NCBI RefSeq assembly: GCF_009914755.1
Contig: NC_060928.1
Direction: 5' to 3' (one strand)
Length of the DNA: 64,000 bases
Source: the human T2T-CHM13v2.0 reference genome, Homo sapiens
Part shown: piece by piece, positions 25,516-40,934 of the stretch
How the letters are laid out: every line of letters begins with the position of its first letter
Numbering within the stretch: the first letter of the stretch is position 1
Position numbers and translations under genes: made by a program
The notes under the pieces: model-generated
The model's database searches: none
What the model saw: only the letters and a program-made list of their open reading frames with translations
What the model was told of the DNA's origin: nothing

Positions 25516-26028
25516 TTAGCTGGGCATGGTGGCATGCACCTGTAGTCCCAGCTACTTAAGAGGCTGAAGTGGGAGGATCACTTGAACCCAGAGGGTGAGG
25601 CTGAAATGAGCCATATAAATAAATATCCGCACTCCAGCCTGGGCAACAGAGCAAGACCCTCGCTCTAAAAATATAAGTATTTAAAAGTTTAGTATACATA
25701 TAGCAATGCTGTAAGAGGGTTGCAAAAACTTCAATCATACAAAATGTAAGGTTCTATAATTTTGAGGTTAATGAAATGACCACAGTGAGCTTACTGTGGT
25801 GAGAGTCAACTGCCAATCACTTAAAATATCTGACTTATAATGTGGTAGGATGTTTCACTGTACTATAAACAGGAGTCATATGACAGAACAAAAATAATTA
25901 CTGACCCTGATTTTCTAGTGTTGGGCATCCTTCTCTTAAATTAAGTAACAAATGTAAAACATAACATATCTTAAGTATCAGTATTCCAAAACTACCTCTA
26001 AAACTGCTTTATACTTTTAAAACCTTAC

Positions 26029-26142
26029 TGTCTCTAGCCAAAAGCGATCGAGGTCACTTCGTCTCTGCTGTTTGTTCAATGTAATTAGCCATCGTCCTCC
26101 CCGTTTGTTTTTCTCATCTTCCCACATAGGCTCAATACCATC
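26029..26142 (-). CDS. EIF4E: EIF4E coding exon 5 (114 nt; DGIEPMWEDEKNKRGGRWLITLNKQQRRSDLDRFWLET; includes cap-binding Trp102/Glu103)
   Basis: ccctgtag|GATGGTATTGAG...CTAGAGACA|gtaagg. Phase 0 at both ends. Confidence 0.98.
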
Positions 26143-26838
26143 CTACAGGGTTAGAAGACAACAGTATTACACAACATTGTTACCTTGACTTTGAGAGATA
26201 ATCATTAGAAACAGTTAAGCAACAACACTGTCAACTTCTTACTTTATTGCCCATAAAACTGCCATTGATGTAGTTTTTAAACAGCACATAAGACTTAAAG
26301 CCAGAGGCATGACATTGCAGAATTAGAGTCCTGGCTTTGTCACTTATTAGCTATCAAATCTTGGGTTTCACTTAATTTGAAGGTTCTTAAACTTTCTGAG
26401 AAGCAAACATATTTTAGAAGCTCTGTACATTTCTACAGCTAGAAAATACATGCAAAAACTATGCAATTTCAGTTAATGAATGTCCCGTCCCCCTACCAAC
26501 TGACAAAGCCCAATAATAAGTATTCCAAGGACCCATGCTCCTAAGGTTAAGAATGCTTGATAAACTCAGTCTGCTCAAATATATAAAGGAAGGAGTAGAC
26601 TGGATAATCAAAGCTCTCATCAAAATCAATCTCAGTATGTGCCCACAGAGTAACTCTCTCTCAATTTTTATAAACAAATAGAATAAGATATATTGATACT
26701 AAAGCATACTACAGCCAATTAAATTATCAGCCTATTCATCACACTATCAAATATTCCTAAGTTTATGGTAAGATTTCTTAATGAATACCAAATGGCCCAG
26801 TCCTATAATAAATATATAAAATCACCAATTAAGCATAC

Positions 26839-26902
26839 CTTAAAAAGTGAGTAGTCACAGCCAGGCATTAAATTACTAGACAACTGGATATGGTTGTACA
26901 GA
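26839..26902 (-). CDS. EIF4E: EIF4E coding exon 4 (64 nt; A-LYNHIQLSSNLMPGCDYSLFK)
   Basis: tttacctag|TCTGTACAAC...CTTTTTAAG|gtatgc. Confidence 0.98.
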
Positions 26903-27847
26903 CTAGGTAAAAGAAAATAACAATTAAAAACACAGAATATGTAATATAGAGTTTAGGTGCTTACATATATATACATTTAGAACATATGATGAAAATAAAC
27001 AGATAAAAGTTCATGTTTACTTGTTTCTAAGGAGTCAATTTCTAAAATGGACAAAACAGATCTTAAAAGCAGTTAAATAATCAACTTCAGATGACAGGTA
27101 TAATTTTCAAAAAAACTTCTAGTGACTGCTCTGACAAAAATATATTTTATGTTAGTTAACTCAGTGCATACATATGTATATATATAAGAAACTGAGAAGA
27201 GAGGTATAAGGTGGCTTTAAGTAGATGAAATAATTTCTGAAGTTAATACACAGTTTTTTTCACAAACATAAAAAAACAAAAACAAAAACAAAAACAAAAA
27301 CCAGAAACGATGAACTTCCTGACCATCAGGATTGCATGACTGAAACAGTCATTATCCTTGAAGGTATCCAAGAGTAGAATAGATCAACGGTTCCCAAACA
27401 CCACAAACTGTCACTGGTTAGTCAACATAATAATCATTTTAAAACTGATTTTAGAAAAATAAATAAATAAATATAGTTACAAGCCCTACATCTTGGGATT
27501 ATAATCACCTAAATATAAGATGGAACCCTGCAGTCTGTATTTCTAAACTATTTCCCAAGTATCAAAATAACAGAATAACATTTGCGATGACTTAGTTGCT
27601 TGCCTGAAGGTAGGAGGCTTAGATCATTTGATCTCCTGTAGTCTTTTACAGCAAAATTGATTTAAAAATTGGCAACTCTTAAGAATCTTTTGCTTGTCTC
27701 CAATATTAGATGGCAGAAATAATGATCTTAGCTGTGTCTACAGACCATGGATGATTCTACTATCCTTAGTCTGGTTCTCCTGGTGCTATGTTAACCCCAT
27801 CTAGGAATATTTCAGGTAAAGATTTAAGGGCCGGGTGCAGTGGCTCA

Positions 27848-28182
<335 letters not shown>

Positions 28183-30186
28183 TTAGGTGAGACAACCTAA
28201 GACCACATAAGGTTTGCTGAGTCACTACCTAATGGTAACTCCCAACTACATCATCAATGACAGCCTCCACTAGGCAACAAAAAAAGACGGGATACTAAGT
28301 GACTATAAAATTAGCGCTACTAATGTCATAAAATGAATGGATATTGTGGGAATGACCTTCAATAAAATACTTTTTCCCTTTTGCTGCCTCCTTTCTCTTC
28401 TGTGGTGCTCAAAGGTCTCTCAAGTAAGTCCATCATGAGAATTTATAATGGCACATCTAAACAGAATCCTAAGACTATGCAGTCTGGATAAATACAAAAG
28501 GACTCAATGGTTATCTGCAATAAATTTGCTAGAAAAAAACAGAAATTAGGAAGTGGCCCACACATTTATAGAAAACTGAAAAATCCTTCATATCTCTAAG
28601 TTATGGTATAAAAACCTACTATGTAATGACATTGACTACATGTAACTGAAGCATGGAGAACTGTTCTAATTAGAAGGTAGAATTATGTAAACTGGTAAAA
28701 GCCAAACAAACTAGATAAATGCAAATCTGATTGGGGAAGGTGGCTCAAGGCTTCCTTTTTCTCTGTAGGAGAATGAAAAGCTTTTTTTTGGGGGGTGCAG
28801 AAGACTGGAGTTATTTAAGAGTCCTGAATAAACAAAACTAGAGAAGAAAAACTACTTGATGTTTTGATGATGGGCAAAGAATAATAATCCTAGTTTAACT
28901 AGAAAACTAGACCTATAAATTATTAGGCCTTAAATGTAGTTATTATTAAGTGTCAATGCTTTTAATAAAAAATAAATACTCTCAAAGTTTACTCTCAAAT
29001 GAATGTTCTCAAATACTCTCAAAGTTTATGGTTTTAATCGTATGCTTTGCTTTTTTCAGCAACACAAATGAATACAAAATATCTATTAGAAGCCAAGCAC
29101 TGGAAATATACAGAAAAATATTGTTTCTGCTGTTGAAGATGTACATACATATGTATAAATTTTATACCACAATCTATTTCTTTGTATGAGCAGAATATCT
29201 TGAGGGGGTTACATTAAAACATAAGAGTAGCATCACTAATTCAGCATGTATATGATCCTAAAAAAAGATGTACAAGTTAGAATATTTAGATAACTGCTAG
29301 GTAATTTAAAGTGCTTATTAAAGAGTTTTGCCTTTCATGGTCTCAAATAGTACCTCCCTAGTCATTCTCCAAGTAAATTAGACACACTGGATTAACTTTG
29401 TTTTTAAGAGAATCAATTATCAAAACTTCTTGAAATAGACTTTACAATTTTTATTTATTTTATAGAGAAACAGGGACTCATGTTGACCAGGTTGGTCTTG
29501 AACTCCTGGCTGCAAGTGATCTTCCTGCCTCAGCATCCCAAAGTATTAGTATTACAGGCATGAGTCACTGAGCCCAGCCTTAAATTTTGTTTTAAGGTCA
29601 TGCAAAAGTTGATGATCCCAATTCTTAACTTTCTGCTATACAGAAACAAAATTTCAAAAATATTTCAACTATTCTTCTTGAGGTTGATCAAAGTATAATG
29701 AAATGAATAAAGTATCATGATAGATACTGGCATTGCCTTGACAAACCGTGAATTCTGAACACTTCAGCCTTTGATATCTTAAAATCTCTGGTACAGGAAA
29801 TTCCAGATATTGCACTGAAAACAGTTTGCAGAAATGAGGACCCAACAACGCACTGCAATACCCAGTTATGAGGCAAATGTATCTTGGCAACCAGGAGTGG
29901 AACAAGTTCCAACTAGCTGTCAAAAGTTCTAAGGGCAATAATGGATTCTTGAGCTAAGGATATCTCAGGACAAGAAACAATAATTGGGGCTGGGGGATGA
30001 CAAGATTGAAGCTCTGTAAAACTAATAAAGCATAATCACCAATTCAAACTTTTGTGAGGAGATAAAAAAATAGATGAACATTCATTAACTGTTTAACTCA
30101 CACTTCATTTTGTGAATTCGACTTAAAAATAAAAAAACTACACAACGAATAAAACAACAAACATACTAAAACAAATGGTTACTTAC

Positions 30187-30282
30187 GCCCAAAAGTCTTC
30201 AACAGTATCAAACTTGGAGATCAGCCGCAGGTTTGCTTGCCAAGTTTTGCTTTTATCATTTTTAAAAAACCAGAGTGCCCAT
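30187..30282 (-). CDS. EIF4E: EIF4E coding exon 3 (96 nt; R-WALWFFKNDKSKTWQANLRLISKFDTVEDFW-A; includes Trp56 and Trp73)
   Basis: tttttag|ATGGGCACTCTGG...GACTTTTGGGC|gtaagt. Phases are continuous with exons 2 and 4. Confidence 0.98.
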
Positions 30283-30292
30283 CTAAAAATAA

Positions 30293-30770
30293 AAAATCAG
30301 TGTCAAAAAATGGTAGCTGCATACCCATGTTAAAAGCAACATTATTCACAAAAGTCAAAAGGTAGAAGCAACCCACCTGTCCATCAACAGATGAATGAAA
30401 AATGTATATATACACACAATGGAATACTAAAAAGCCCTGATGAAGGAAATTCTAACACTTCATAAAACATGAGGGGAAGCTAAGGACATTAAGTGAATAA
30501 GCCAGCCCCCCTCCAAAAAAGACAAATACTGTATGATTCCACTTATATGAGGTATAAGAAGTCAAATTCATAGAAACAAAAAGAATGGTGATTGCCACTA
30601 GCCAAAGAGAAGGGAGTTTAGGGTTATAGAGTTTACAGAGTTTTGGAAGATGAACAAGAGTTCTGGAGATTAGTTGCACAATAATTGGTTGCAGAAAGTA
30701 CTTAACATTAACTGTACACTTAAAAATAGTTAATACTGTAAATGTTTATGTTTACCACAAAAATTTAGGG
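30293..30770 (+). mobile_element. Old L1M (L1MA/MB) 3' fragment directly abutting the exon 3 acceptor
   Basis: cccatgtt...cattattcacaa...gcaaccc...tgtccatcaacagatgaatg...gacaaatactgtatgattccacttatatgagg. Confidence 0.8.
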
Positions 30771-31210
30771 AAAAAAGCAAAATGCTAGTTGTTATTACAG
30801 TGGCAAATAATGAGAGTTCTCCATTTCTTTCATTTAAAAGATATGTATGTTATGTCTACTACATAACAGATTCCCTGCTATACCTAGAGACCCAAGACAC
30901 ACTGAAACTCATCACTCAACGGAATTCACAGAAATGACGCAGAGAGACAACTACAGTGTGCTAAGTGCTCTGACAGAGATAAGCAAGCACAGTTATTTAA
31001 GAAAAACACAGCAGAGCTGGGCGCGGTGGTTCACGCCTGTAATCCCAGCACTCTGGGAGGCTGAGGTGGGCGGATCACCTGAGGTTGGGAATTCGAGACC
31101 AGCCTGATCAACATGGAGAAACTCCGTCTCTAGGAAAAATACAAAACTAGCCAGGCATGGTGGTGCATGCCTGTATTCCCAGCTACTTGGGAGGCTGAAG
31201 CAGGAGGCTA

Positions 31211-31693
<483 letters not shown>

Positions 31694-31919
31694 TTAGCCA
31701 AGAAGAAATGAGAGTGCCAGGAGTGGGGAAACTATTAAATGTGATTCTATATTTAATCAAATACCTAACTGGGAAAATAATAAAGATTGAGTAATGCTGC
31801 ATAGATATGTTCTGAAATAATGTATACCAGTTTTAATATATCTGTATATACTTCTCTTAAAATAGTTTTATTCCTACATAATACATAATAGCTTATATAT
31901 ACCTAACATATTATATATA

Positions 31920-34274
31920 GAGGCATACCTTGGATATATTGTGAGTCCAGTTCCAGATCATCATAATAAAGTGAGTATCACAATAAAGGAACTATCTTTA
32001 AGGAGAGTCACACAAATTTTTTGGTTTCCCGGTGCATGTAAAAGTTACGTTTACACTATACTGTAGTCTACATTATGTCTGAAATAGCATTACATCTAAA
32101 AAAAAATGTACATACCTTAATTAAAAATTCTATTGCTAAAAATGCTAACGATCATCTGAGCCTACAAAGAGTGGTAATCTTGCTGATGGAGGGTCTTCCC
32201 TTGTTTGCTGCTGACTGATCAGAGTAGTGGTTGCTGAAGATTGGGGTGGCTGTGGCAATTTCTTAAGACAACAACGAAGTCTGTCACACTGATTGACTCT
32301 TCATTTCACAAAAGATTTCTCTGTAGCATGCAATGCTGTTTGTAAGCATTTTACATAGTAGAATTTCTTTCAAAATTGGAGTCAATCCTCCCAAACCCTG
32401 CAGTTGCTTTATCAATTTGGTTTATGTAATATTCAAATCCTTTGTTGTCACTTCAACAATGTTCACAGCATCTTCACCAGGAATAGATTCCATCTCAAGA
32501 AACCTTTTTTTCTGCTCACCCATAAGAAGCAACACCTTATCCATTCAAGTTTTCTCATGAGACTGCAACAATTCAGTAACATCTTCAGGCTCCATTTCTT
32601 ACTGTTGGTCTCTTGCTCTCTGCACATCTGCAGTTACTTCTTCCACTAAAGTCTTGAACGCTTCAAAGTCATCAATACGGGTTGGAATCAAATTCTTCCT
32701 AACTCTTGTTCATGTTGATATTCTGACCTCCCATGAATCATGAATGTTCTTAATGACATCCAGAATGCTCAATCCTTTCGGAAGGTTTTCCATTTACTTT
32801 GTCCAGATCCATCAAAGGAATCACTATCTACAGCATTTAGCCTCATGAAATATAGTTCTTATTAATAAATAATAAGGCTTGAAAGTCAAAATTCCTCTTT
32901 GCTGCTCCATACGCTGCAGAAAGTACACTGTGTTAAGAGGCATGAAAACAATTCATCTCTGTCAGAGCTCTTGGGCGACTAGGCGCATCATCAAGGAGCA
33001 GTGATATTTTGAAAGGAAACTTTTTTTCTGGGCAGTAGGTTTCAACAGTAGGCTTAAAGTATTCAGTAAACCATGCTATAAATCGATGCACTGTCATCCA
33101 GGCTTTGTTGCTCCATTTCTAGAGCATGGGCAGAGTGGATTTAGCATCATTCTTCAGGATTCTTAAGATTTTGGGAATGGCAAATGAGCACTGGCTTCAA
33201 CTTAAAGTCATTGGCTGCAAGATCCCCTAACAAGAGTCAGCCTGTCCTTTGTAGCTTTGAAGCTAGGCAATGACTTCTCTCTAACTAGCAAAGTCCTAGA
33301 AGATGGCATCTTCTTCCAGTAGAAGGCTGTTTCGTTTACACTGAAAATCTGTTTTTAGTGTAAACTTCCTTCATCAATTACCTCAGCTAGATCTGGAGAT
33401 TTTGCTGCAATTTCTATATCAGCCCTTGCTGCTTCACCTTGTACTTTTATGGGGGTGACTTTCCTTATACCTTATAACTGACCTCTGCCAGCTTTCAACT
33501 TTTATTCTGCAGCATCCCCACCTCTCTCAGCCTTCATAACACTGAACAGAGTTAGGGCCTTGCTATGGATTAGGCTTTGTCATAAGGGAATGTTGTAGCT
33601 GGTTTTATTTACTACCCAGACCACTTGAACTTACTCTATATCAGCAATAAGGCTGTTTTGTTTTCTTATCATTCATGTGTTTGCTGGAGGAGGACTTTCG
33701 ATCTCCTTCAAGAATTTTTCCTTTGCTTTCACAACCTGGCTAACTTATTTGGTACAACAGACCTAGCTTTTGGCCTGTGTTGGCTTTTGACATGTCTTCC
33801 TCGTAAGCGTAATCATTTCAAGCTTTTGATTTAAAGTGAGAGACATGCAACTCTTCCTTTCACTATAACATGTAGAGGCCACTGTAGGGCTATTAATTGG
33901 CTTAATTTCAACATTGTTGTGTCTCAGGGAATAGGCAGGCCCAAGGACAAGAAGATGGGAATGGCCAGTCAGTGGAGCAGTCAGAACACATACAACATTT
34001 ATCAATTAAGTTTGCCATCTTATATCGCCAATGTTCATGGCACCCCAAAACAATTATAATAGCAACATCAAAGATCACTGATCACAGATCATAACAGATA
34101 CAATAAAAGTTTGAAATATCGTGAGAATTACCGAAATGTGACACAGAGACACCAAGTGAGCACATGCCATTGGAAACATGGCATCAACAGAACTGCTTGA
34201 CACAGGATTTCCACAAACCTTCAATTTATAGAAAAGGCATGATTTGTGAAGCACAGTAAAATGAGGTACGCCTG
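31920..34274 (-). mobile_element. Near full-length Tigger1 DNA transposon (TcMar-Tigger) with decayed transposase
   Basis: TIRs (g)AGGCATACCT and AGGTACGCCTG, with TA on both sides (31918-31919, 34275-34276). ORF 33763-34005 retains SERKSCMSLTLNQKLEMI, which resembles the TIGD1/Tigger1 N-terminus. Confidence 0.92.
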
Positions 34275-35035
34275 TATAATATTTTCTCTAATGCCTTGAA
34301 GATAAACTCGTGGAACATTAAAGTTACACTTAAATGTTATTATCCCAAGATGATTCTCCTTTAGAAGAATTAAACTGAATATTCTCTGAATTACAATACC
34401 AAAGGGCAGTCAAAGGGAAATTTCATTTTCTCATCAACACGAATGTTGTCTGAAGAGCCTTCCAAATTGAATATATATTTCATAATCCTATAATTAATGC
34501 TTGGTAACTTCACCTAGACAGAAAAATGAGATGCATTTCAACATGTACTTGATAATTTGTCAGCAACTGCCACCCCATTATCAATAAAAAAGAAGAAGAA
34601 AAGGCAAGAAAACCACCAACGAGGTCAAGTATACATGCTGGATTTTTAAAAATAATTCAATCTTTTTTCAAAACAAAAACCTCTGCACCCAGCCATTTAA
34701 ACACATAAAGATCTATGGGGCCAGGAAAGGTGGATCATACCAGTAATAACAGCATTTTAGGAGGCTGAGGCAGGAGGATCACTTGAGCCCAGGAGCTCAA
34801 GACTAGCCTGGACAACAAAGTGAGACCTCATCTCTACTAGACATTTAAAAAATTAGCCAGGCATGGGCTGGGCGCAGTGGCTCACGCCCGTAATCCCAGC
34901 ACTTTGGGAGGCCAAGGTGGGTGGATCATGAGGTCAAGAGATCGAGACCATCCTGGCCAACACGGTGAAACCCCGTCTCTACTAAAAATACAAAAATTGG
35001 CTAGGCGTGGTGGCACGCGCCTGTAGTCCCAGCTA

Positions 35036-35498
<463 letters not shown>

Positions 35499-35986
35499 CT
35501 AGCTACTTAGAAAGCTGATGTGGGAAGGTCATTTGAGCCCAGAAATTTGAGGCTGCAGTGAGCTATTATCATGCCACTGCTCCCCAGTCTGGGCGACAGA
35601 ATGGGACCATGTCTCTTCCAAAAAAAAAAAAAAAAAAAAAAAAAAAAAGCCAGGCATGTTGGTTCATGCCTGTAATCCCAGTATTTTGCGAGGCCGAGGT
35701 GGATGAATTGCTTGAGTCTACGAGTTCAAGGCCAGCCTGGGAAATAGCAAAACTCCAACTCTACAAAAAATACTAAAATGGTGGTGGTGCATGCCTGTGG
35801 GGCCCCAGCTGGGGTGGAAAGATGGCTTGGGTACGGAAGGTGAAGGCTGCAGTGAGCCGAGATTACACGCCACCCCAGCCTGGGTGACAGAGTGAGACCC
35901 TGTCTTCAAAAACAAACAAATGACGTTTTTAGTTTTGGAAAATTTGAAAACATCTTAAGTGCTTATCAACAAGGAATTATTTAAAT

Positions 35987-37841
35987 CAGCAGTTCTCAAA
36001 ATGTGGTCTGCAGACAGGCAGGAGGCCCTAAGATCCATTTTCATAATAATGCTAAGAAGGCACTTTGCTTTTCAGTATTCACATTTGCACTAACGGTGCA
36101 AAAGCAACAGTAGTTAAATCTGCTGGTGCCTTAGCAAGAACCAAGACAGTGACACAAAACTATACGAGTAGTCACTGTACATTTATTACTACCAACTCTC
36201 ACAGTACTAATAATGTGAGTTTCATATAAGAATGCCTTTGGGCCAGGCATGGTGGCTCACACCTGTAATTCTAGCACTTTGGGAGGCTGAGGTGGGTGGA
36301 TCACCTGAGGTCAGGAGTTCAAGACCAGCTTGGCCATCATGGTGAAACCCTGTCTCTACTAAAAATACAAAAATTAGATGGGCATGGTGGCAGGTGCCTG
36401 CAATCCCAGCTACTTGGGAGGCAGACGCATGAGAATGAACCCAGGAGGCGGAGGTTGCAGTGAGCCAAGATCGCACCATTGCACTCCAGCCTAGGCAACA
36501 AAGTGAAACTCCGTCTTGAGAACAAAAAAAAAGGAATGACTTTGATGAGGCAATAAACATTACCAGTTTCATTAAATTTCATTCTATTTCCATATTTTTC
36601 ATAATCTGCACAAAAACCACTTCCACTACTGTAAAACAAAATACAATATTTAGGCAATTGTCTGAACTTAAGATTGTTGCTTAAAATTTAAGCTTTCAGT
36701 AGAAAAATCAGAATTTTAGAAAGATTTCATCTGCCACTGTAAGCCTGACAACTTCCTAAAAATCAAAGACGCTTAATGAGTTTAGAGGTAATATTAATGA
36801 ATTATTATTGTTTGATACTATATAAGAAAATGTGTCAACATTGGAAGATCTGCATAACTCACTGAACCATTATTTTCCAAATAAGCAGTGTATGATGTTA
36901 AAAATCTTACACAGGTAAGAGATCCATTCCAGATGCAAGACACTGACAGACCAATGGATTTTAATGTAACAAAGTAGAAAAAAATTCTTGGATATGGTTT
37001 CAGATTCCACATTGCAACTAGCCTCTAAGAAACCTAGTATCTCTTTGAGCATGTGTCCTACGAAAAAGGGGGGGGAAAAAAGAAACCTAGTAGTGTATCA
37101 AAGGAGCATATCAACAATTATTTTTAAAGGCTTTTAAAAACTATTCTCCCTTTTCCAACCAAATACCTGTGTGAGGCTGTATTGTCTTCTTATACTTCCA
37201 ATGAAACATCTTAACTCCATAGACTGAAGGCAGAAACAGCTATGAAAATCCAGTTGACTTCTAAGACGGCAAAAATGCGGCCAGGTGCGGTGGCTCATGC
37301 CTGTAATCCCAGCACTTTGCGAGGCCGAGGTGGGTGGATCATGAGGTCAGGAGTTCAAGATCAGCCTGGCCAACATGGTGAAACCCCGTCTCTATTAGAA
37401 ACTACAAAAATTAGCCGGGCATGGTGGCACACACCTGTGGTTCCGGCTACTAGGGAGGCTGAGGCAGAAGAATCGCTTGAACCCGGGAGGTGGAGGTCCA
37501 GCCTGGGCGACAGGGCGAGACTCCGAAAAAAAAAAAAACAGATGGCAAAAATGCTGTTCTTCCCATTATATATTTTTTATTTCAAATAATTATTTTCATT
37601 ACAAAATGTCACTTAGGTTAACATGTGATAGATTTTCTAAACGAATAATTTTACATTTCTCAAGTTTTTCAGGTGAAATTATACATTTTTAAATGTGAAA
37701 AATAAAATAACATCTTAGCATTATTTACTGTAAAAATATAGTAAATAACAATAGATAAAAATCCACATAAAGCTCTGTAGAGTCACCAATAATTTTTAAG
37801 AGTGTAAAGGAATTGTGAGACCAAATACTTGAGTACTGCTG
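35987..37841. mobile_element. Charlie1-family hAT DNA transposon interrupted by two Alus
   Basis: Ends are CAGCAGTTCTCAA and TTGAGTACTGCTG, with a perfect 8-bp TSD ATTTAAAT (35979-35986 and 37842-37849). Confidence 0.85.
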
Positions 37842-39829
37842 ATTTAAATAAAATATCATACATCCACGCAAGTGACTACTATGCAACTATTAAAAAGTTT
37901 AAAAAAAAAAGCTTAACTGTGTGGTAAAGTTTTCCTAAAATTGATATGAAACCCAGAAACCACTGAGGAAAAGCAGTATTTGCCTACATGAAAATTAAAG
38001 ACCTCTAAAAAAAAAAAAACCATACAATTCCACAGACAATGTTAGAAGACAAATGATATGGATAACCTGTTTCTTTCTGACTTAATACTCCTCCAACTTC
38101 CCTGCCTTGGGTGAGTTAGCACTCTAATATAAAATGCTTGGAAATAAACTTGAAAAGATATTCCATAACTTGTTAGCTTGAAAGTAGGGGAAAAAAAAGA
38201 TAATCCAAAAGAAAAAAAATAGAAGAACTGAATAATCTGTCCTCAGATAAAAACCACAAATCATCAATATGAAAATATTTTGAAACTTCAATTTTAAAAT
38301 GCAAATTGAAAATACTGAAATTGTTTTCCCAAATCAGACTGGGACCAATCTGATTGGCAACAACTTAAAAGACTAATCACATGAGTTAGCAAGGATATAG
38401 AAACCAGGAACTCTCAAACTGTTAAGTCTAAGCCAATAAAACAGAATAATGTGGCAGTATCTGCGCAAAGGTTGTTAAAGGGTAATCTTTGTTCTAGGAG
38501 ATCTGAAATTTTACCCTATATATTCACACAAGTGCACAATTATGTAAGGATGTAAATTACAGCACTGTGTGTAAAAAGAAAAATCTATACAGCCATTAAT
38601 GTAAACCTAATAAAATATATGGTGGTATATCAATATAATGCAAGACGGTGGTTTAAAACAATGAGGTAAAATATGCACATACAAACAGAAAAGTCAACTG
38701 TATAGACGTATGTATTAAAAAGTATACATATGTGCATTTAATACTTCTGGAATACAAACCAAATTTAACATTGACTACTCTGGGGAGTGAAGAAAGTAAA
38801 ATGCAAGAAGTAAATAATGAGAAAACTGCCAAAATTGGAGCCATAAAACATAGTATTTTTCCAAATGATACTTGCTATTTTACACAAAAAGTAGAATTTA
38901 TAGAGAAACTGAAGTCCCCAGAGACTTCATTTTAAGATTTAAACTTTTTTTTTTTTTTTAAACTGATGAGGACACTTAAGAATCCCTTCTTAGACTCCAT
39001 TCAAGCTGTGAGGGATATATGCCTTGTTTACTTCTCCCCACAATAAAAGTGACACCAAGAACTAGGTTCACAGACAGCTAGAAGATATACAGTTTGTTTC
39101 ATATCACTGAAAAAAATGAAAAAAAAATGTGGGTTTTGGTGCTACTATTAGGTTAAACTATATAAGACTGCCTCTAACGAATTGTTCAACCTAATACATG
39201 TGGTACATTGCTTCCCTGAGGAAGGATTTTATCCTTTATAGACTGTTTGACCTCTGATGTCCCACTAGCTGAGAATCTCCATTGTCTAAAAAACTGATTT
39301 GTTCCTCACTGGAGGATATACTGAACCAAAGGGTCTCCTATGAGAAAACTGCATACAGCATATTTGAACTATTTATTTCAGTAGGTCTTCCATGATGAAT
39401 AAAGGAAACATTTAAAAAAATTGAGATCATAAAAAAATTTTAATAAATGAAACAATTATAAATAGACTTGTGGACTCTTTTAAGTAGAGAGTGAATGGTC
39501 TGCCCTAAAAAAAGTAAATAAAAACAAAAAAAGACAAGAAATGAACTGAAATACTTCAAGAACCTCAGAAGTTAATTCCAATTTACTTTCCTCTAGATTG
39601 TTACAATGTTTCTGAACTGCCATTTTCTTCCCACCATCAGCATTCAGTGAACTCAAGTTAATTCTCATATACCCCAGAAAATAAATAAAAACAAACCTAC
39701 TGGAAAGGAGTGGGAAGAGTTGGGAAAAGCCATATAATGAACTAATACTCAATTTCCTGTTACACTATTAACTATGAAAACTTAACTAATTTTAATCTGT
39801 CCCCTTTTCTAGTCTCTCACTTACAAACC

Positions 39830-40815
<986 letters not shown>

Positions 40816-40827
40816 TAGAAAGCTTAC

Positions 40828-40934
40828 CTGTTCTGTAGGGGATGTTTAATATAGTGTTCTGGGTTAGCAACCTCCTGATTAGATTCCGTTTTCTCCTCTT
40901 CTGTAGTCGGGGGATTAGGAGTAGGGGTGGTTTC
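40828..40934 (-). CDS. EIF4E: EIF4E coding exon 2 (107 nt; ETTPTPNPPTTEEEKTESNQEVANPEHYIKHPLQN-R)
   Basis: Minus strand reads ccactag|GAAACCACCCCT...CTACAGAACAG|gtaagc. The translation matches eIF4E residues 7-42, including HPLQ. Acceptor phase 0, donor phase 2. Confidence 0.98.

Noticed and set aside
32333-34005. ORFs inside Tigger1 as a domesticated TIGD-like gene
   Set aside because: The transposase frame is fragmented by stops and frameshifts, and the + strand ORFs are antisense artefacts.
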